A stretch of 64,000 bases of DNA from Methanomassiliicoccales archaeon UBA280 (GTDB lineage Archaea; Thermoplasmatota; Thermoplasmata; SG8-5), in the NCBI GenBank assembly GCA_002499085.1, contig DAKD01000027.1:12324-76323 (forward strand). The letters are read 5' to 3'. Below the pieces are notes generated by a model. The model made no database searches. It had not been told where the DNA came from and saw only the letters and a list, made by a program, of their open reading frames with translations. Positions 1 to 9,728 of this stretch are shown here, in pieces (positions within the stretch are counted from its first letter, which is position 1; every line of letters begins with the position of its first letter). Made by a program: the position numbers and the translations under genes.

Positions 1-240
1 CTTGCCATGTGCGACCACTCCTACACGTTCGGGCACTGGGGACCCATGGCCCAGGAGGTCAGGGGCGCGCTGTACGACATGAAGGACAGGCCGCTTCTCA
101 AGAATTACATTGTCGGCCTTGGGGGCAAGGACATGACTCCCGAGATCATCGAGAAGATATTCCTCAAGGCCCTGGCCCTGAAGGGCGGCAAGGACTGCGA
201 CATCGAATGGATAGGCGTGAAAGGCCACGGGGGGTGGTAG
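1..240 (+). CDS. 2-oxoacid (pyruvate-type):ferredoxin oxidoreductase alpha subunit, C-terminal fragment (5' end outside window)
   Basis: The reading frame is open from the window edge and ends at TAG 238-240. The tail ...NYIVGLGGKDMTPEIIEKIF... resembles POR/VOR alpha C-termini. It lies directly upstream of the beta-subunit gene. Confidence 0.6.
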   Translation, partial: LAMCDHSYTFGHWGPMAQEVRGALYDMKDRPLLKNYIVGLGGKDMTPEIIEKIFLKALALKGGKDCDIEWIGVKGHGGW

Positions 241-296
241 GATGAAAATGCGAAGCTTTTTCAGACTTAGCCTGCTGCGGTGCAGGAGGCGGTAGG

Positions 297-1205
297 ATGG
301 CGAAGTTCACTATCCCCACCGAGGAATACATGAACCCGGGCCACGTCGGCTGCCTGGGATGCGGAGCCTGCCATGCGATGCGCTACACCCTGAAGGCGCT
401 GGGCCCCAAGACCATGGTCAGCATCCCGGCCTGCTGCTGGGCAGTCATGCCCGGACCTTTCCCTCTGAAATGCCTCGAGGTGCCGCTTATAAACACTGCT
501 TTCGAGGTCACCGGAGCCTCGATATCGGGGATCAAGGCCGCGCTTGATGCGAAGGGCATTACAGATGTGACAGTGGTGGGATTCGCCGGGGACGGCGGCA
601 CCGCTGACATAGGCATACAGGCGCTCTCCGGCATGGTCGAACGCGGCACCGATGTCATCTACATCATGTATGATAACGAGGCATACATGAACACGGGCAT
701 ACAGAGAAGCTCATCGACGCCTGTCGGCGCATGGACAACGACCACGCCCGTCGGGACAACAAAGGACTGGAAGAAACAGCCCAAGAAGAACATGATGGAG
801 ATCATGGTCGCGCACAAGATCCCTTACGCTGCCACGGTCAGCGTCGGCTTCCCCGAGGACATGATAAAGAAGTTGCGCAAGGCCCAGTCCATCAGGGGTC
901 CCAAGTTCATACAGATTTACGCGCCATGCCCGACCGGCTGGCGAATGCAACCCGAGAAAACGATCGAGGTCTGCAGGCTGGCCGTTTCGACGGCCGCCTA
1001 CCCGCTGTACGAGGTCGAGAACGGCGTTTACACCATATCGAGGAAGCCTTCGGAGCTGAAGCCGATAAAGGACTACCTGGCCATACAGGGCAGGTTCAGG
1101 CATCTGCCCCAGGAGGAGGTCGACGCCATGCAGAAGACAGTGAACTGGGAGTGGAAGCGGCTGCTGAAGCTGGAGGAATTCACCAAGGGGCTGGTGGAGG
1201 AATGA
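297..1205 (+). CDS. 2-oxoacid (pyruvate-type):ferredoxin oxidoreductase beta subunit (TPP-binding)
   Basis: 302-aa ORF. It has an N-terminal Cys cluster (CLGCGAC) and a TPP-binding signature (GFAGDGGTADIG ... YDNEAYMNTG) typical of OFOR beta subunits. Confidence 0.9.
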   Translation: MAKFTIPTEEYMNPGHVGCLGCGACHAMRYTLKALGPKTMVSIPACCWAVMPGPFPLKCLEVPLINTAFEVTGASISGIKAALDAKGITDVTVVGFAGDGGTADIGIQALSGMVERGTDVIYIMYDNEAYMNTGIQRSSSTPVGAWTTTTPVGTTKDWKKQPKKNMMEIMVAHKIPYAATVSVGFPEDMIKKLRKAQSIRGPKFIQIYAPCPTGWRMQPEKTIEVCRLAVSTAAYPLYEVENGVYTISRKPSELKPIKDYLAIQGRFRHLPQEEVDAMQKTVNWEWKRLLKLEEFTKGLVEE

Positions 1206-3070
1206 GCCGGCTTCTGGACAGGGAGAAGGGCAAGAAACTTTTCCTTCTGGGCAACGAGGCCATTGTCAGGGGCGCGCTCGAGGCGGGCCTTGACTTCGCT
1301 GCCACATACCCGGGAACACCGTCATCCGAGATAGGCAACACATTCTACGAGATAGGGAAAGAGGCAAAGGTCTATTTCGAGTTCTCCACCAACGAGAAGG
1401 TCGCGACGGAAGTCGCTGCTGCTGCCTCGGCGTGCGGGCTGAGGGCCATGACATTCATGAAGCATGTCGGCCTGAACGTCGCGGCAGACCCGTTCATGAC
1501 CATAGCTTACACGGGCGTGCGCGGGGGATTTGTCATAATCACTGCGGACGACCCGGGCTGCCATTCGAGCCAGAACGAGCAGGACAACCGGTACTACGCA
1601 AGGCTGGCCAAGGTACCGATGCTGGAGCCGGCGAATGCCCAGGAGGCCAAGGACATGACGCTGGCCGGATTTGCCCTGTCCGAGGAACTGGGGCATGCTG
1701 TCATGCTGCGCACCACCACCAGGCTGAACCATGTCAGGGGCGCGGTCGAGATAGGTGAGCTCGGGCCGCAGCGCGGGAAGGGCCATTTCGACAAGGACCC
1801 GAAGAAGTTCGTCACAATCCCGGCTCATGCCAGGGTTGACCACGCGCTGCTGCTCGAACGCATGGCCAAGGCCCTGGAGATATCGGAGAAGTCAGAGTTC
1901 AACAAAGTCATAGACATGGGCGGCTCGGAGTACGGCGTAATAGTCTCGGGCGTCGCCTACAACTATGCGGCCGATATAATGGCCGCGGCCGGCATCAAGG
2001 GAAGAATCCTGAAGCTGGGAATGACCTGGCCCCTGCCCGAGAAGATGATGTCCGAGTTCATCAGATCCGTGGACAAGATTGTCATAGCCGAGGAGGGCGA
2101 GCCCCTGCTGGAACAGGCCGTCATGGGCCTGGCCAAGGAAGTGAACCCTAAAATCCAGGTGTTCGGGAAGCGGTCGGGCCATTTCTCCGTGATGGGCGAG
2201 TACGGGCCTGACGTCCTGAAATCCGCGTTTTCAAAGATAACCGGGAAAGACCTGATGCCCAAGGATGTACACGCGGCTAAAATCCCGCTGCCGCCGAGGC
2301 CCCCGTCCCTGTGCCCTGGCTGTCCCCACAGATCCACATATTATGCCGCAAAAAGGGCGCTCAAGCAGAACTTCAAGGAGGCTATCTTCTCTTCCGATAT
2401 CGGCTGCTACACCCTGGGCATACAGGACCCGCTGAACACTGCGGATTTCCTGCTGTGCATGGGCTCCAGCGTGGACGCGGCAGGGGGATTCTCCAAGGCG
2501 ACAGACCAACCCATCCTTGCCTTTCTGGGGGACTCCACATTCTTCCATTCCGGGATACACGGCGTCGTGAACGCGGTATACAACCGCCACAAGTTCGTCT
2601 ACACTGTCCTGGACAACAGGACCACTGCGATGACTGGCCACCAGCCCAACCCAGGCATGGGCACTGACGGCCGGGGCAATCCCGCGCCAATGATTTCGAT
2701 AGAGGAGGTCGTCAGGGGATGCGGCGTGGATTTCATCAGAACCGTGGACACCAGCGACATCAAGGCCATGCAGAAGGCCTACGAGGATGCGCTGGCCCAT
2801 GACAAGCTTGCCGTGATCGTGGCCAAGAGGGAATGCGTGCTCCTGGAAGTCAGAACCAGGAAGAAAGCGGGAAGCTTCCTCACATGGCAGATAAACCAGG
2901 AGGAATGCAAGAAATGCCAGGTCTGCATAAAGACCTGGGGTTGCCCTGCGATTTACCTGGCAGAGGACGGCACAGTTCACATCAACGAGGGGATATGCAA
3001 CGGCTGCGGCATCTGCGCCAAGGTATGCCCGTTCGGTGCCATCCACGAGAACACGGAGGCGAGGAAATGA
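1202..3070 (+). CDS. iorA: indolepyruvate:ferredoxin oxidoreductase alpha subunit
   Basis: ATG at 1202 overlaps the upstream stop (ATGA). Supporting motifs: LLGNEAIVRGALEAGLDFAATYPGTPSSEI, the TPP motif GDSTFFHSG, and two C-terminal CxxCxxCxxxCP ferredoxin clusters. The ORF-track start at 731 is an out-of-gene extension overlapping the previous gene. Confidence 0.9.
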   Translation: MSRLLDREKGKKLFLLGNEAIVRGALEAGLDFAATYPGTPSSEIGNTFYEIGKEAKVYFEFSTNEKVATEVAAAASACGLRAMTFMKHVGLNVAADPFMTIAYTGVRGGFVIITADDPGCHSSQNEQDNRYYARLAKVPMLEPANAQEAKDMTLAGFALSEELGHAVMLRTTTRLNHVRGAVEIGELGPQRGKGHFDKDPKKFVTIPAHARVDHALLLERMAKALEISEKSEFNKVIDMGGSEYGVIVSGVAYNYAADIMAAAGIKGRILKLGMTWPLPEKMMSEFIRSVDKIVIAEEGEPLLEQAVMGLAKEVNPKIQVFGKRSGHFSVMGEYGPDVLKSAFSKITGKDLMPKDVHAAKIPLPPRPPSLCPGCPHRSTYYAAKRALKQNFKEAIFSSDIGCYTLGIQDPLNTADFLLCMGSSVDAAGGFSKATDQPILAFLGDSTFFHSGIHGVVNAVYNRHKFVYTVLDNRTTAMTGHQPNPGMGTDGRGNPAPMISIEEVVRGCGVDFIRTVDTSDIKAMQKAYEDALAHDKLAVIVAKRECVLLEVRTRKKAGSFLTWQINQEECKKCQVCIKTWGCPAIYLAEDGTVHINEGICNGCGICAKVCPFGAIHENTEARK

Positions 3071-3654
3071 CCCGCATAGTCGTTGTCGGAGTCGGTGGCC
3101 AGGGAGTCCTGTTCGCCTCGAAGGTCCTTTCCGAGGCCGCGCTTGCCGAGGGCAAGAACGCCGTCATGAGCGAGGTCCACGGCATGGCACAGCGCGGCGG
3201 CGTCGTGATGTGCAATATCTGCGTCGGCTGCATCGAGAGCTCGCTCGTGGGCGACGCCGAGGCTGATATAATATTCGCATTCGAGCCCATGGAAGCTTAC
3301 AGGGCGCTGCCCAAGGCCAACAAGGGCACGAGGTTCGTGACCAGCACATCCCCTGTCGTGCCCGTGGTCGTGTCCATAGGCAAGCAGAAGTACCCTGACA
3401 TAGAAGCCATGTTCGCCGAGATAAAATCCGTAACGCCGAAACTCACTGCGGTTGATGCCGATGCCCTGGCCATGCAGGCCGGGTCTTATGTCACGGCGAA
3501 CTCGGTCTTACTGGGCGCGCTGGCCGGAACGCCGGAGTGCCCGGTGTCCAAGGAGAAGCTTGTGGAAGCGCTGAAGAACTCGGTGCCCCCCAAGACCATT
3601 GAAATGAACCTGAAAGCCTTCGAACTTGGGCTGGAGTTCGCGAAGCATCATTAG
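3067..3654 (+). CDS. iorB: indolepyruvate:ferredoxin oxidoreductase beta subunit
   Basis: ATG at 3067 overlaps the iorA stop (ATGA). The N-terminus MTRIVVVGVGGQGVLFASKVL...HGMAQRGG is typical of IorB and the OFOR gamma family. Confidence 0.9.
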   Translation: MTRIVVVGVGGQGVLFASKVLSEAALAEGKNAVMSEVHGMAQRGGVVMCNICVGCIESSLVGDAEADIIFAFEPMEAYRALPKANKGTRFVTSTSPVVPVVVSIGKQKYPDIEAMFAEIKSVTPKLTAVDADALAMQAGSYVTANSVLLGALAGTPECPVSKEKLVEALKNSVPPKTIEMNLKAFELGLEFAKHH

Positions 3655-3663
3655 AATTCGTCT

Positions 3664-5211
3664 CTATCCTACGATGGTCCAGGCATTGAACTCCGGATAT
3701 ATCGAACCTGTGCCATAATCAACGAACCTGTTCTCGACGATTATGATATCGCCTTCCGAATATGTGCCAGTGACATTCCCAGACACAAATATATTGATGG
3801 GCATTTGGTCGCCATACATGCCAGAATAGGTCACGAGGTTTATCCATGTTTTGTTTTCATAGGAATCATACCATATGTATCCAATCCTGTCCCTTACCAC
3901 AACCTTATCGCCAACGCCATATGAGTGCCAAGCTATGGGCACGTCTGACCCATTGATTACACCGTCGTTGTTCCTGTCCAGCATGTCGTCCCAGAATTCG
4001 TTCACTGTCACTGCGGAGTAGATGTCGTTCTGGCCCCAGTAGTGTAAAAATAGAGGTGTAAGGAGAACTGCGGCTATAACCGCAGCAGCCATGATTTTTT
4101 TATTGGCAAGCTCCCGCCCCCTGTCGTTCTTCCGCGCCCAAACCGCAAATGCCATTACCAGGATGGCAGCAACGGATATTGCTGCCAGCATGTATATTGC
4201 CCGGTTGTCCTGGAGAGGTTCTACCGGCTCGGGCGGTACAACAGGCAATGGCTCTATCATCACATCGCCCAGATCAATAACTCCCCTTTCTGTGACATTG
4301 ACAAACACCGGCTGAGACAATCTGTACCCGTCGTCCACTTCCAAGGTGTAGTTCCCGGGCCTGGGCTGGAAGGAGAAGGTTCCGTCAAAATGATGAATGT
4401 CTGCTGCATATCCGCCAGGTCCGTTGATTTCTCTGAGATAGATGTTTGACCAAGTATCGCCTGCTATTCTTCCCGTAACATCTGCTGTATCATCGTACAA
4501 TTCACTGTAAACAGAGAACCTGTTCCATATCCTGGCAGTTTTCCAGGTCTGGTTGCCGAATGCGCCGTCCGGGGCGAACGCGCTCTCCCAATCCTCGGTA
4601 CGGTATTCCTGAAGGGAGTTGGAGTAGACTGCCATAAATCCTGATGATGCGTAGGTCTCATTGCAATCACTGTCATCTTGAAGGCCAATGCCGATACAGT
4701 GTCCGATTTCATGCATTATTACATGCCGGGTTTCATTATATAATCCGGTTATCTCTACGTTAATGATTGCGCCGTAAAGAGGACTTGCCTGCCCTGAATT
4801 ACCGCCCGCTTGCTTTGCCACAATAAAATGAATATGGGTAGCTGGTCGGTCATGGTATTGGCGGTGTATGGCCCTCCATTCATAATCACTAATGTATGGA
4901 CTCCCTGCTATGACATTGTTCGTGCTGTTGAAATCCACCGTGGCAGTGATGTTGCGGGCCTCGAAGTATGTTTCAAGGAAATCGAAGGCATCGATAACTT
5001 CGGGTGTCAGCAGCCCTTCGAAATAGTCGACCTCGACGTTCAGTTCATAAGTGGCCCTGGTTCCGGAGATCGGGGTTGGGCAGGAAGGTGCAGCGGCTGC
5101 GGGCATGACGGCCCAGAACATACTTCCCAGAAGGAGGACCATAACCATTAGTATTGAAATGAATAATCTGCCTCTCGGAGCGTTTTCGTCGCCGTCTTCC
5201 ACCATAGTCAC
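3664..5211 (-). CDS. membrane-anchored putative zinc metalloprotease (HEXXH)
   Basis: 515-aa ORF with an N-terminal hydrophobic segment (ISILMVMVLLLGSMFWAVMPAAAA) and a zincin motif (VIMHEIGHCIGIG). Two further hydrophobic helices (AIYMLAAISVAAILVMAFAVW, IMAAAVIAAVLLTPLF) precede a roughly 120-aa C-terminal domain. Confidence 0.55.
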   Translation of the reverse strand: MTMVEDGDENAPRGRLFISILMVMVLLLGSMFWAVMPAAAAPSCPTPISGTRATYELNVEVDYFEGLLTPEVIDAFDFLETYFEARNITATVDFNSTNNVIAGSPYISDYEWRAIHRQYHDRPATHIHFIVAKQAGGNSGQASPLYGAIINVEITGLYNETRHVIMHEIGHCIGIGLQDDSDCNETYASSGFMAVYSNSLQEYRTEDWESAFAPDGAFGNQTWKTARIWNRFSVYSELYDDTADVTGRIAGDTWSNIYLREINGPGGYAADIHHFDGTFSFQPRPGNYTLEVDDGYRLSQPVFVNVTERGVIDLGDVMIEPLPVVPPEPVEPLQDNRAIYMLAAISVAAILVMAFAVWARKNDRGRELANKKIMAAAVIAAVLLTPLFLHYWGQNDIYSAVTVNEFWDDMLDRNNDGVINGSDVPIAWHSYGVGDKVVVRDRIGYIWYDSYENKTWINLVTYSGMYGDQMPINIFVSGNVTGTYSEGDIIIVENRFVDYGTGSIYPEFNAWTIVG

Positions 5212-5284
5212 CGGGATTCATACCCCGATGTTGAAAGCGGGGTTTGGGCATTTATAACTTCCGTGGGATTGCCCATCGAATTGA

Positions 5285-6304
5285 GTGTCGGGAAATTTCA
5301 CTTTCGCCCACCCCCTGACCGGATATTTATACTGCGAGAGAGTGTTGAATCATGAGGGCAACGAAGGGGAAGAAGGATTGAGCGGGAACAAGACGGAATT
5401 CACGGATCTAGCATTGACAGAGGGGATACAGAGCAGGATATTCACAATACGCGATGCCCATGTGATGCTTGATTCAGATTTGGCTGCCCTGTACCAGGTC
5501 GGAACGAAGGTTTTGAATCAGGCGGTGAAGAGAAACAAAGGAAGATTTCCTGGTGAATTCTGCTTTCGGCTGACAGCGGCTGAATTCGGCACCTTGAAGT
5601 CACAGAATGTGACCGCAAGTTGGGGTGGGAGGCGGTCCAGACCGTACGCATTCACCGAGCAGGGGGTGGCCATGCTGTCAGCGGTTCTGAGAAGCGACGC
5701 GGCTGTTGACATCAGCGTCAAGGTCATCAGGGCTTTCGTGGCGATGCGAAGGTTCATTCTCTCGAATGCCCAGATCTTCCAGAGACTGGATACATTGGAG
5801 CTCAGGCAGCTGGAAACCGACAGGAAGATGGATGGCGTGCTCAACGCTCTCGAGAGCGGAACTCTGAAGCAAAAGCAGGGCATATTCTTCGACGGCCAGG
5901 TGTTCGACGCCCACAAATTCATCTGAGATCTTTTCAGAACCGCGGAGAAATCGATAACCATAATAGACAATTATCTGGATGATTCAGTCCTAACCCATCT
6001 GACTAAGAGGAAGAAGAATGTCAGCGTTCTGCTTCTGACCAGACACATCAGTGAGGCACTGGCCCAGGATGTGGGAAAATTTTACCGCCAGTACCCGCCA
6101 ATAGATCTCAGGGAATTCAATAACGCCCACGACAGGTTCATCATTATCGATGATGCGGAAATCTACCATTTTGGAGCATCTTTGAAAGACCTGGGAAAGA
6201 GATGGTTCGCATTCTCCAAGATGGAAATAGGAGCTGCGGAGATGCTGGTAAGGCTCAAGTCCGGTACTAACCCAGAAGCGCCTTGTACTCTGTCGGCGAG
6301 ATAA
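5285..6304 (+). pseudogene. ORF6N/KilA-N-type DNA-binding protein gene interrupted by one in-frame TGA (5924-5926)
   Basis: ORFs 5285-5926 and 6071-6304 are in the same frame. Reading through the TGA gives ...FDAHKFI*DLFRTAEKSITIIDNYLDDSVLTHLTKRKK...HDRFIIIDDAEIYHFGASLKDLGKRWFAFSK. From memory, this is the continuous architecture of full-length ORF6N-domain proteins. The true start is uncertain: GTG 5285 or an internal TTG near 5378. Confidence 0.6.
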
Positions 6305-6644
6305 GGTCGGGCGAGTCGGCCGACTTCACTTCTATTACAGCGAGCCAGCCCTTGCCGTACGGGTCGGCGTTGATGTCCCCGGGCGAGTTCTCCAGGTCAG
6401 AATTCACTTTCACGACCTTGCCCGAGACAGGCGAATAAACATCGCTCGTGCTCTTGACGGATTCCACAGTCGCGAGTTCCTGGCCTGCCTGCAATTCCTG
6501 GCCCACCTTGGGAAGCTCGATGTAGACTATGTCAGTGAGCTCGCCCTGTGCGTGGTCGGTTATGCCCACGGTGACATTGCTGCCCTCTATCCTAGCCCAT
6601 TCATGCTTCTTCGTGTACTTCAGGTTCTCCGGAACATTGGACAT
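6267..6644 (-). CDS. gcvH: glycine cleavage system H protein (lipoyl carrier)
   Basis: Supporting motifs: KYTKKHEWARIEG..VGITDHAQ and the lipoyl-lysine motif VESVKSTSDVYSPVSG. The ATG at 6644 is preferred over the upstream GTG at 6662. Confidence 0.9.
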   Translation of the reverse strand: MSNVPENLKYTKKHEWARIEGSNVTVGITDHAQGELTDIVYIELPKVGQELQAGQELATVESVKSTSDVYSPVSGKVVKVNSDLENSPGDINADPYGKGWLAVIEVKSADSPDLISPTEYKALLG

Positions 6645-6746
6645 CGAATACACCTTTGGCACTGCAATGCATGAACCATATTAATTTTATTGGTGACCTG
6701 ACAGGCGGGCCCGCCGCCCCAACGCCCGAAGGGCTTGGGACGGATA

Positions 6747-7766
6747 TCAAAACCACGAATCCAGCGACTGCTGGGCCCTCGCCTTCTGGCCCTCCGATAT
6801 CTTGTCCAGCGTGGACATCAGCCTCTGCTCCGAGAACTCGAACTCGCCGCAGAGCATTGCCAGTATTCTCTCCCTGTCCGCCTTCCCCCAGGACAGAGTG
6901 TAATCGTCAGTCGTCTTCGGGCTGAGGAATATCTCCCTGACATTCTCGAATCCCGGAACATCCAGCTTCTGCTCCCTGATGGCCGCCTCTCCGGAGCCGT
7001 GCTCCCTGATGAGCTTGAGGGCCTTCTTCGGGCCTATGCCCTTCACACCCTGGTTGAAGTCAGTGCCCATGAGCACGCCCATGTCAACCAGCTGTTCCCT
7101 GGTTATGCCGAGGGCGCCGAGCAACTCGCCCAGCTTCAGGACCTCCGGGACCACGTCCACATAGACGTTCTTGCGCGGCAGCTTTCTTCGGCCGGACAGC
7201 GTCATGTTCCTGACCAGCACTGGCGCTCCGAACAGCAACGAGTCATAGTCCTGGGATGCTGCGGCATAGACCTCGCCTTTCGAGGCCATGTAGCTGGCCT
7301 GGGCCTCGCCGTCCTCCTCGGCCTGCACGCAGGGCACGCCCATGTACCCGAGCAGTTGCTTTGCCTGGGCCGCCATCTCCTTTGTCAGCCGCGAGGTCTG
7401 CTGCGCCTTCATCCTCGCTGTCTCTGTGTCCCCTGCTTCCAGGGCCTCGTCCCACTCGGCCTGGGCCTTCTCCTTGCGCTGCCTGCGGTCCTGCAGCGTG
7501 CCGGCCTTGAGCGGGTTTGGCTTGCCGTCGAAAACGTAGACCGGTCTGATGCCGGCCTCCAGAAGGTTCGCTGTCCTGTGGAACGTGCCCGAGAGATGCG
7601 ACGTGATTCTGCCTTTCGAGTCCATCAGGGGCGTGCCGTCAGCCTGGCGTATGCTGCTCAGGAACTGGTAGAGGGCATTGTACCCGTCGATTGCCACTGC
7701 CCGGCCCTTGAAATCCTTCAGGGCGCTCGGCCTGGGCTCGACCAGGTCGGAGAGATCTATTCCCAT
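6747..7766 (-). CDS. fen: flap endonuclease 1
   Basis: 339-aa ORF. Supporting motifs: MGIDLSDLV...AIDGYNALYQFL...HLSGTFHRT..PVYVFDGKP and a C-terminal PIP-like QQSLDSWF. Confidence 0.95.
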   Translation of the reverse strand: MGIDLSDLVEPRPSALKDFKGRAVAIDGYNALYQFLSSIRQADGTPLMDSKGRITSHLSGTFHRTANLLEAGIRPVYVFDGKPNPLKAGTLQDRRQRKEKAQAEWDEALEAGDTETARMKAQQTSRLTKEMAAQAKQLLGYMGVPCVQAEEDGEAQASYMASKGEVYAAASQDYDSLLFGAPVLVRNMTLSGRRKLPRKNVYVDVVPEVLKLGELLGALGITREQLVDMGVLMGTDFNQGVKGIGPKKALKLIREHGSGEAAIREQKLDVPGFENVREIFLSPKTTDDYTLSWGKADRERILAMLCGEFEFSEQRLMSTLDKISEGQKARAQQSLDSWF

Positions 7767-7803
7767 TGCCCGGGGGAATGGAATGCGGGTTTATGGATTT
7801 TCC

Positions 7804-9645
7804 CTACATCCGCTCCTTCATGACGAATATCAGCACGATGACTGCGAGTACGATTATGACGGCCAGTATGACCCAGAACCATGGGAAGCCCCCGCCCGGG
7901 GATATTTTCTTGGCGTCGAAGTGGGGCGTGCCGTCGGCCGTGTCCATGTAGCCGGCGATGATCGTGATGTCATGGCCCTCCAGGAACTCCGGGACCAGGA
8001 ACGAGCCCTGGTACTTTCCCGATTCTGTCTGCTCCAGCCTGATCGCATACCCGGCCGGGACCCAGTTCATCCATTCAGGGTCCATGGTTCCGATGGAGTC
8101 GAGGGACCATTCGCCGACTCCCCAGAGCACCGAGGTCGGGTCGCCCGCGTTTGCCGAGAGCTTTATGTTCGCGCTTCCCCATTCGCCCGGGTCGAAGCTG
8201 CCGCCTATGCTTACTTCGCCGTCGCCGTCCAGGTTGCCCCCGAAAGCATAGAACACGAAACCGTGGTCGTTCCACGGGTTTTCAGGGAACACCTCGTAGT
8301 ACCAGTCATCGTCCAGGTCATAGCTCGGACCCGTGGAATTGTCGCGCTGCAGCGGAACTTCCAGGCGCAGCTCGATCGCGCACTGCTCGTCCGGGACCTC
8401 GAATGCGACGCTGAACTTGCCCAGGCTGTCCGTTGTGAGGGTCCCTGCGACCAGGACTTCCCTCGCTGTCTCAACGTGGCTGCCTTCGTCGAACAGCAGG
8501 GCGAAATCTGTGCCGCGCGCCGTGACATAGTAATGAATCGTCTTCAGTGCCGCGGGTATCTGGGAGTCATACGCACCGTAGGGAACCGTGACTGAATCCC
8601 CGGGCTCGAACAGTGTCTCTGTGCCCTCCCAGATTATGTCGAAGTCCGAGTGATGCGGCGTCTGGGCGGCAGGGTTGTACACCAACCCGTAAACTGTCTG
8701 GTTCAGCCCCGCGGCCAGAACATACCCGGAGAAGCCCTCCGAGCCTTCTATGTCTGGAACATGCAGGAGCGCCTTGCCGCTCGCATTGGTGACCCCCGAG
8801 AACGCATCGTAGGGCCAGCCTATTCTCTCTATGAAGTAGTTTGCGCCCTCCACTGCCGCGCCTGTCATGTCCGCGACGCAAATCTCGAATGAAACCGTGC
8901 TCCCGGACGCTGACAGCTTGTGGTACCACACATCGAGCACGTTGACGTATATCTCGACCGAGTCCTCGTCCCACATGTCCATGGGCTGCGCCACTATCTC
9001 GTACATTCCGCTCACTGATGTCTGCGGGACAGTGAAGAATACATTGTAGACGCCTGTCTGGACCTCCGTGTAGTTCAGAGGATGGGTCTCGCCCGCGGGT
9101 GTCTCGACATAAAGCTCAGTGAACCCGGATATCGGTATCGGGGAGCTGCCCGTCCTGGTGAGAATGGTGGCTGTCAGAACGTCTCCGGATTTTGCGGGAA
9201 CCATCTCCTGGCCGCATATGCTTATGTCGACGGTGTCCTGTATCGAGTAAACTGGGATGGCCAGGGCGTCGTTGTGGCTTGTCACGCCTTCATGGTCGTT
9301 TCCCAGCGTGACGTCGTGGAAGAAGTACAGGTTGCGGTTGCTGTCCGCCGCCTTGACCGTGTAAGTGCCCGAGTAAATTCCCGTGCCCGATTTGGACATG
9401 GTCAGGTTTGTCGGGTTGTTGAAATTGTGGTTCGTGCTTACGCCGGCATATATGCTTGTCGCATCGGCCAGCGTGCCCGAGTTGTAAATCCGCAACTGCA
9501 GGGTCACAGTATCACCCACACTGTAGTTCCTGTCCTCGACCGCCATTATGACGTGAAGGGAATCGTTCTCGGCCGCGGCCGGGGATATCATCCCGGCTAG
9601 CAGCACGAAACCCAGCCCCAGAGCTATGACAACCTGTCTCTTCAT
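7804..9645 (-). CDS. cell-surface protein of unknown function (signal peptide, C-terminal TM anchor)
   Basis: 613-aa ORF. N-terminus MKRQVVIALGLGFVLLAGMISPAAA. The body is rich in beta-strand/Ig-like sequence. C-terminus FPWFWVILAVIIVLAVIVLIFVMKERM. Confidence 0.6.
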   Translation of the reverse strand: MKRQVVIALGLGFVLLAGMISPAAAENDSLHVIMAVEDRNYSVGDTVTLQLRIYNSGTLADATSIYAGVSTNHNFNNPTNLTMSKSGTGIYSGTYTVKAADSNRNLYFFHDVTLGNDHEGVTSHNDALAIPVYSIQDTVDISICGQEMVPAKSGDVLTATILTRTGSSPIPISGFTELYVETPAGETHPLNYTEVQTGVYNVFFTVPQTSVSGMYEIVAQPMDMWDEDSVEIYVNVLDVWYHKLSASGSTVSFEICVADMTGAAVEGANYFIERIGWPYDAFSGVTNASGKALLHVPDIEGSEGFSGYVLAAGLNQTVYGLVYNPAAQTPHHSDFDIIWEGTETLFEPGDSVTVPYGAYDSQIPAALKTIHYYVTARGTDFALLFDEGSHVETAREVLVAGTLTTDSLGKFSVAFEVPDEQCAIELRLEVPLQRDNSTGPSYDLDDDWYYEVFPENPWNDHGFVFYAFGGNLDGDGEVSIGGSFDPGEWGSANIKLSANAGDPTSVLWGVGEWSLDSIGTMDPEWMNWVPAGYAIRLEQTESGKYQGSFLVPEFLEGHDITIIAGYMDTADGTPHFDAKKISPGGGFPWFWVILAVIIVLAVIVLIFVMKERM

Positions 9646-9728
9646 GTTTATCGCGGATTATATATAGATGCGACTATAAAAACATATTGCAGAGAAACAA
9701 TTTATATCACGGGGAGGATGCGGATGCG

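Noticed and set aside
731-1201. 5' extension of the iorA ORF (track start 731)
   Set aside because: It overlaps the beta-subunit gene in another frame. The IorA homology begins at MSRLLDREKGKK (ATG 1202), which has an ATGA coupling overlap.
6735-7823. 362-aa plus-strand ORF
   Set aside because: It lies entirely antisense to the well-supported fen gene. Its Arg/Leu/Pro/Ala-rich composition is typical of shadow ORFs in high-GC DNA, and it has no recognisable motifs.
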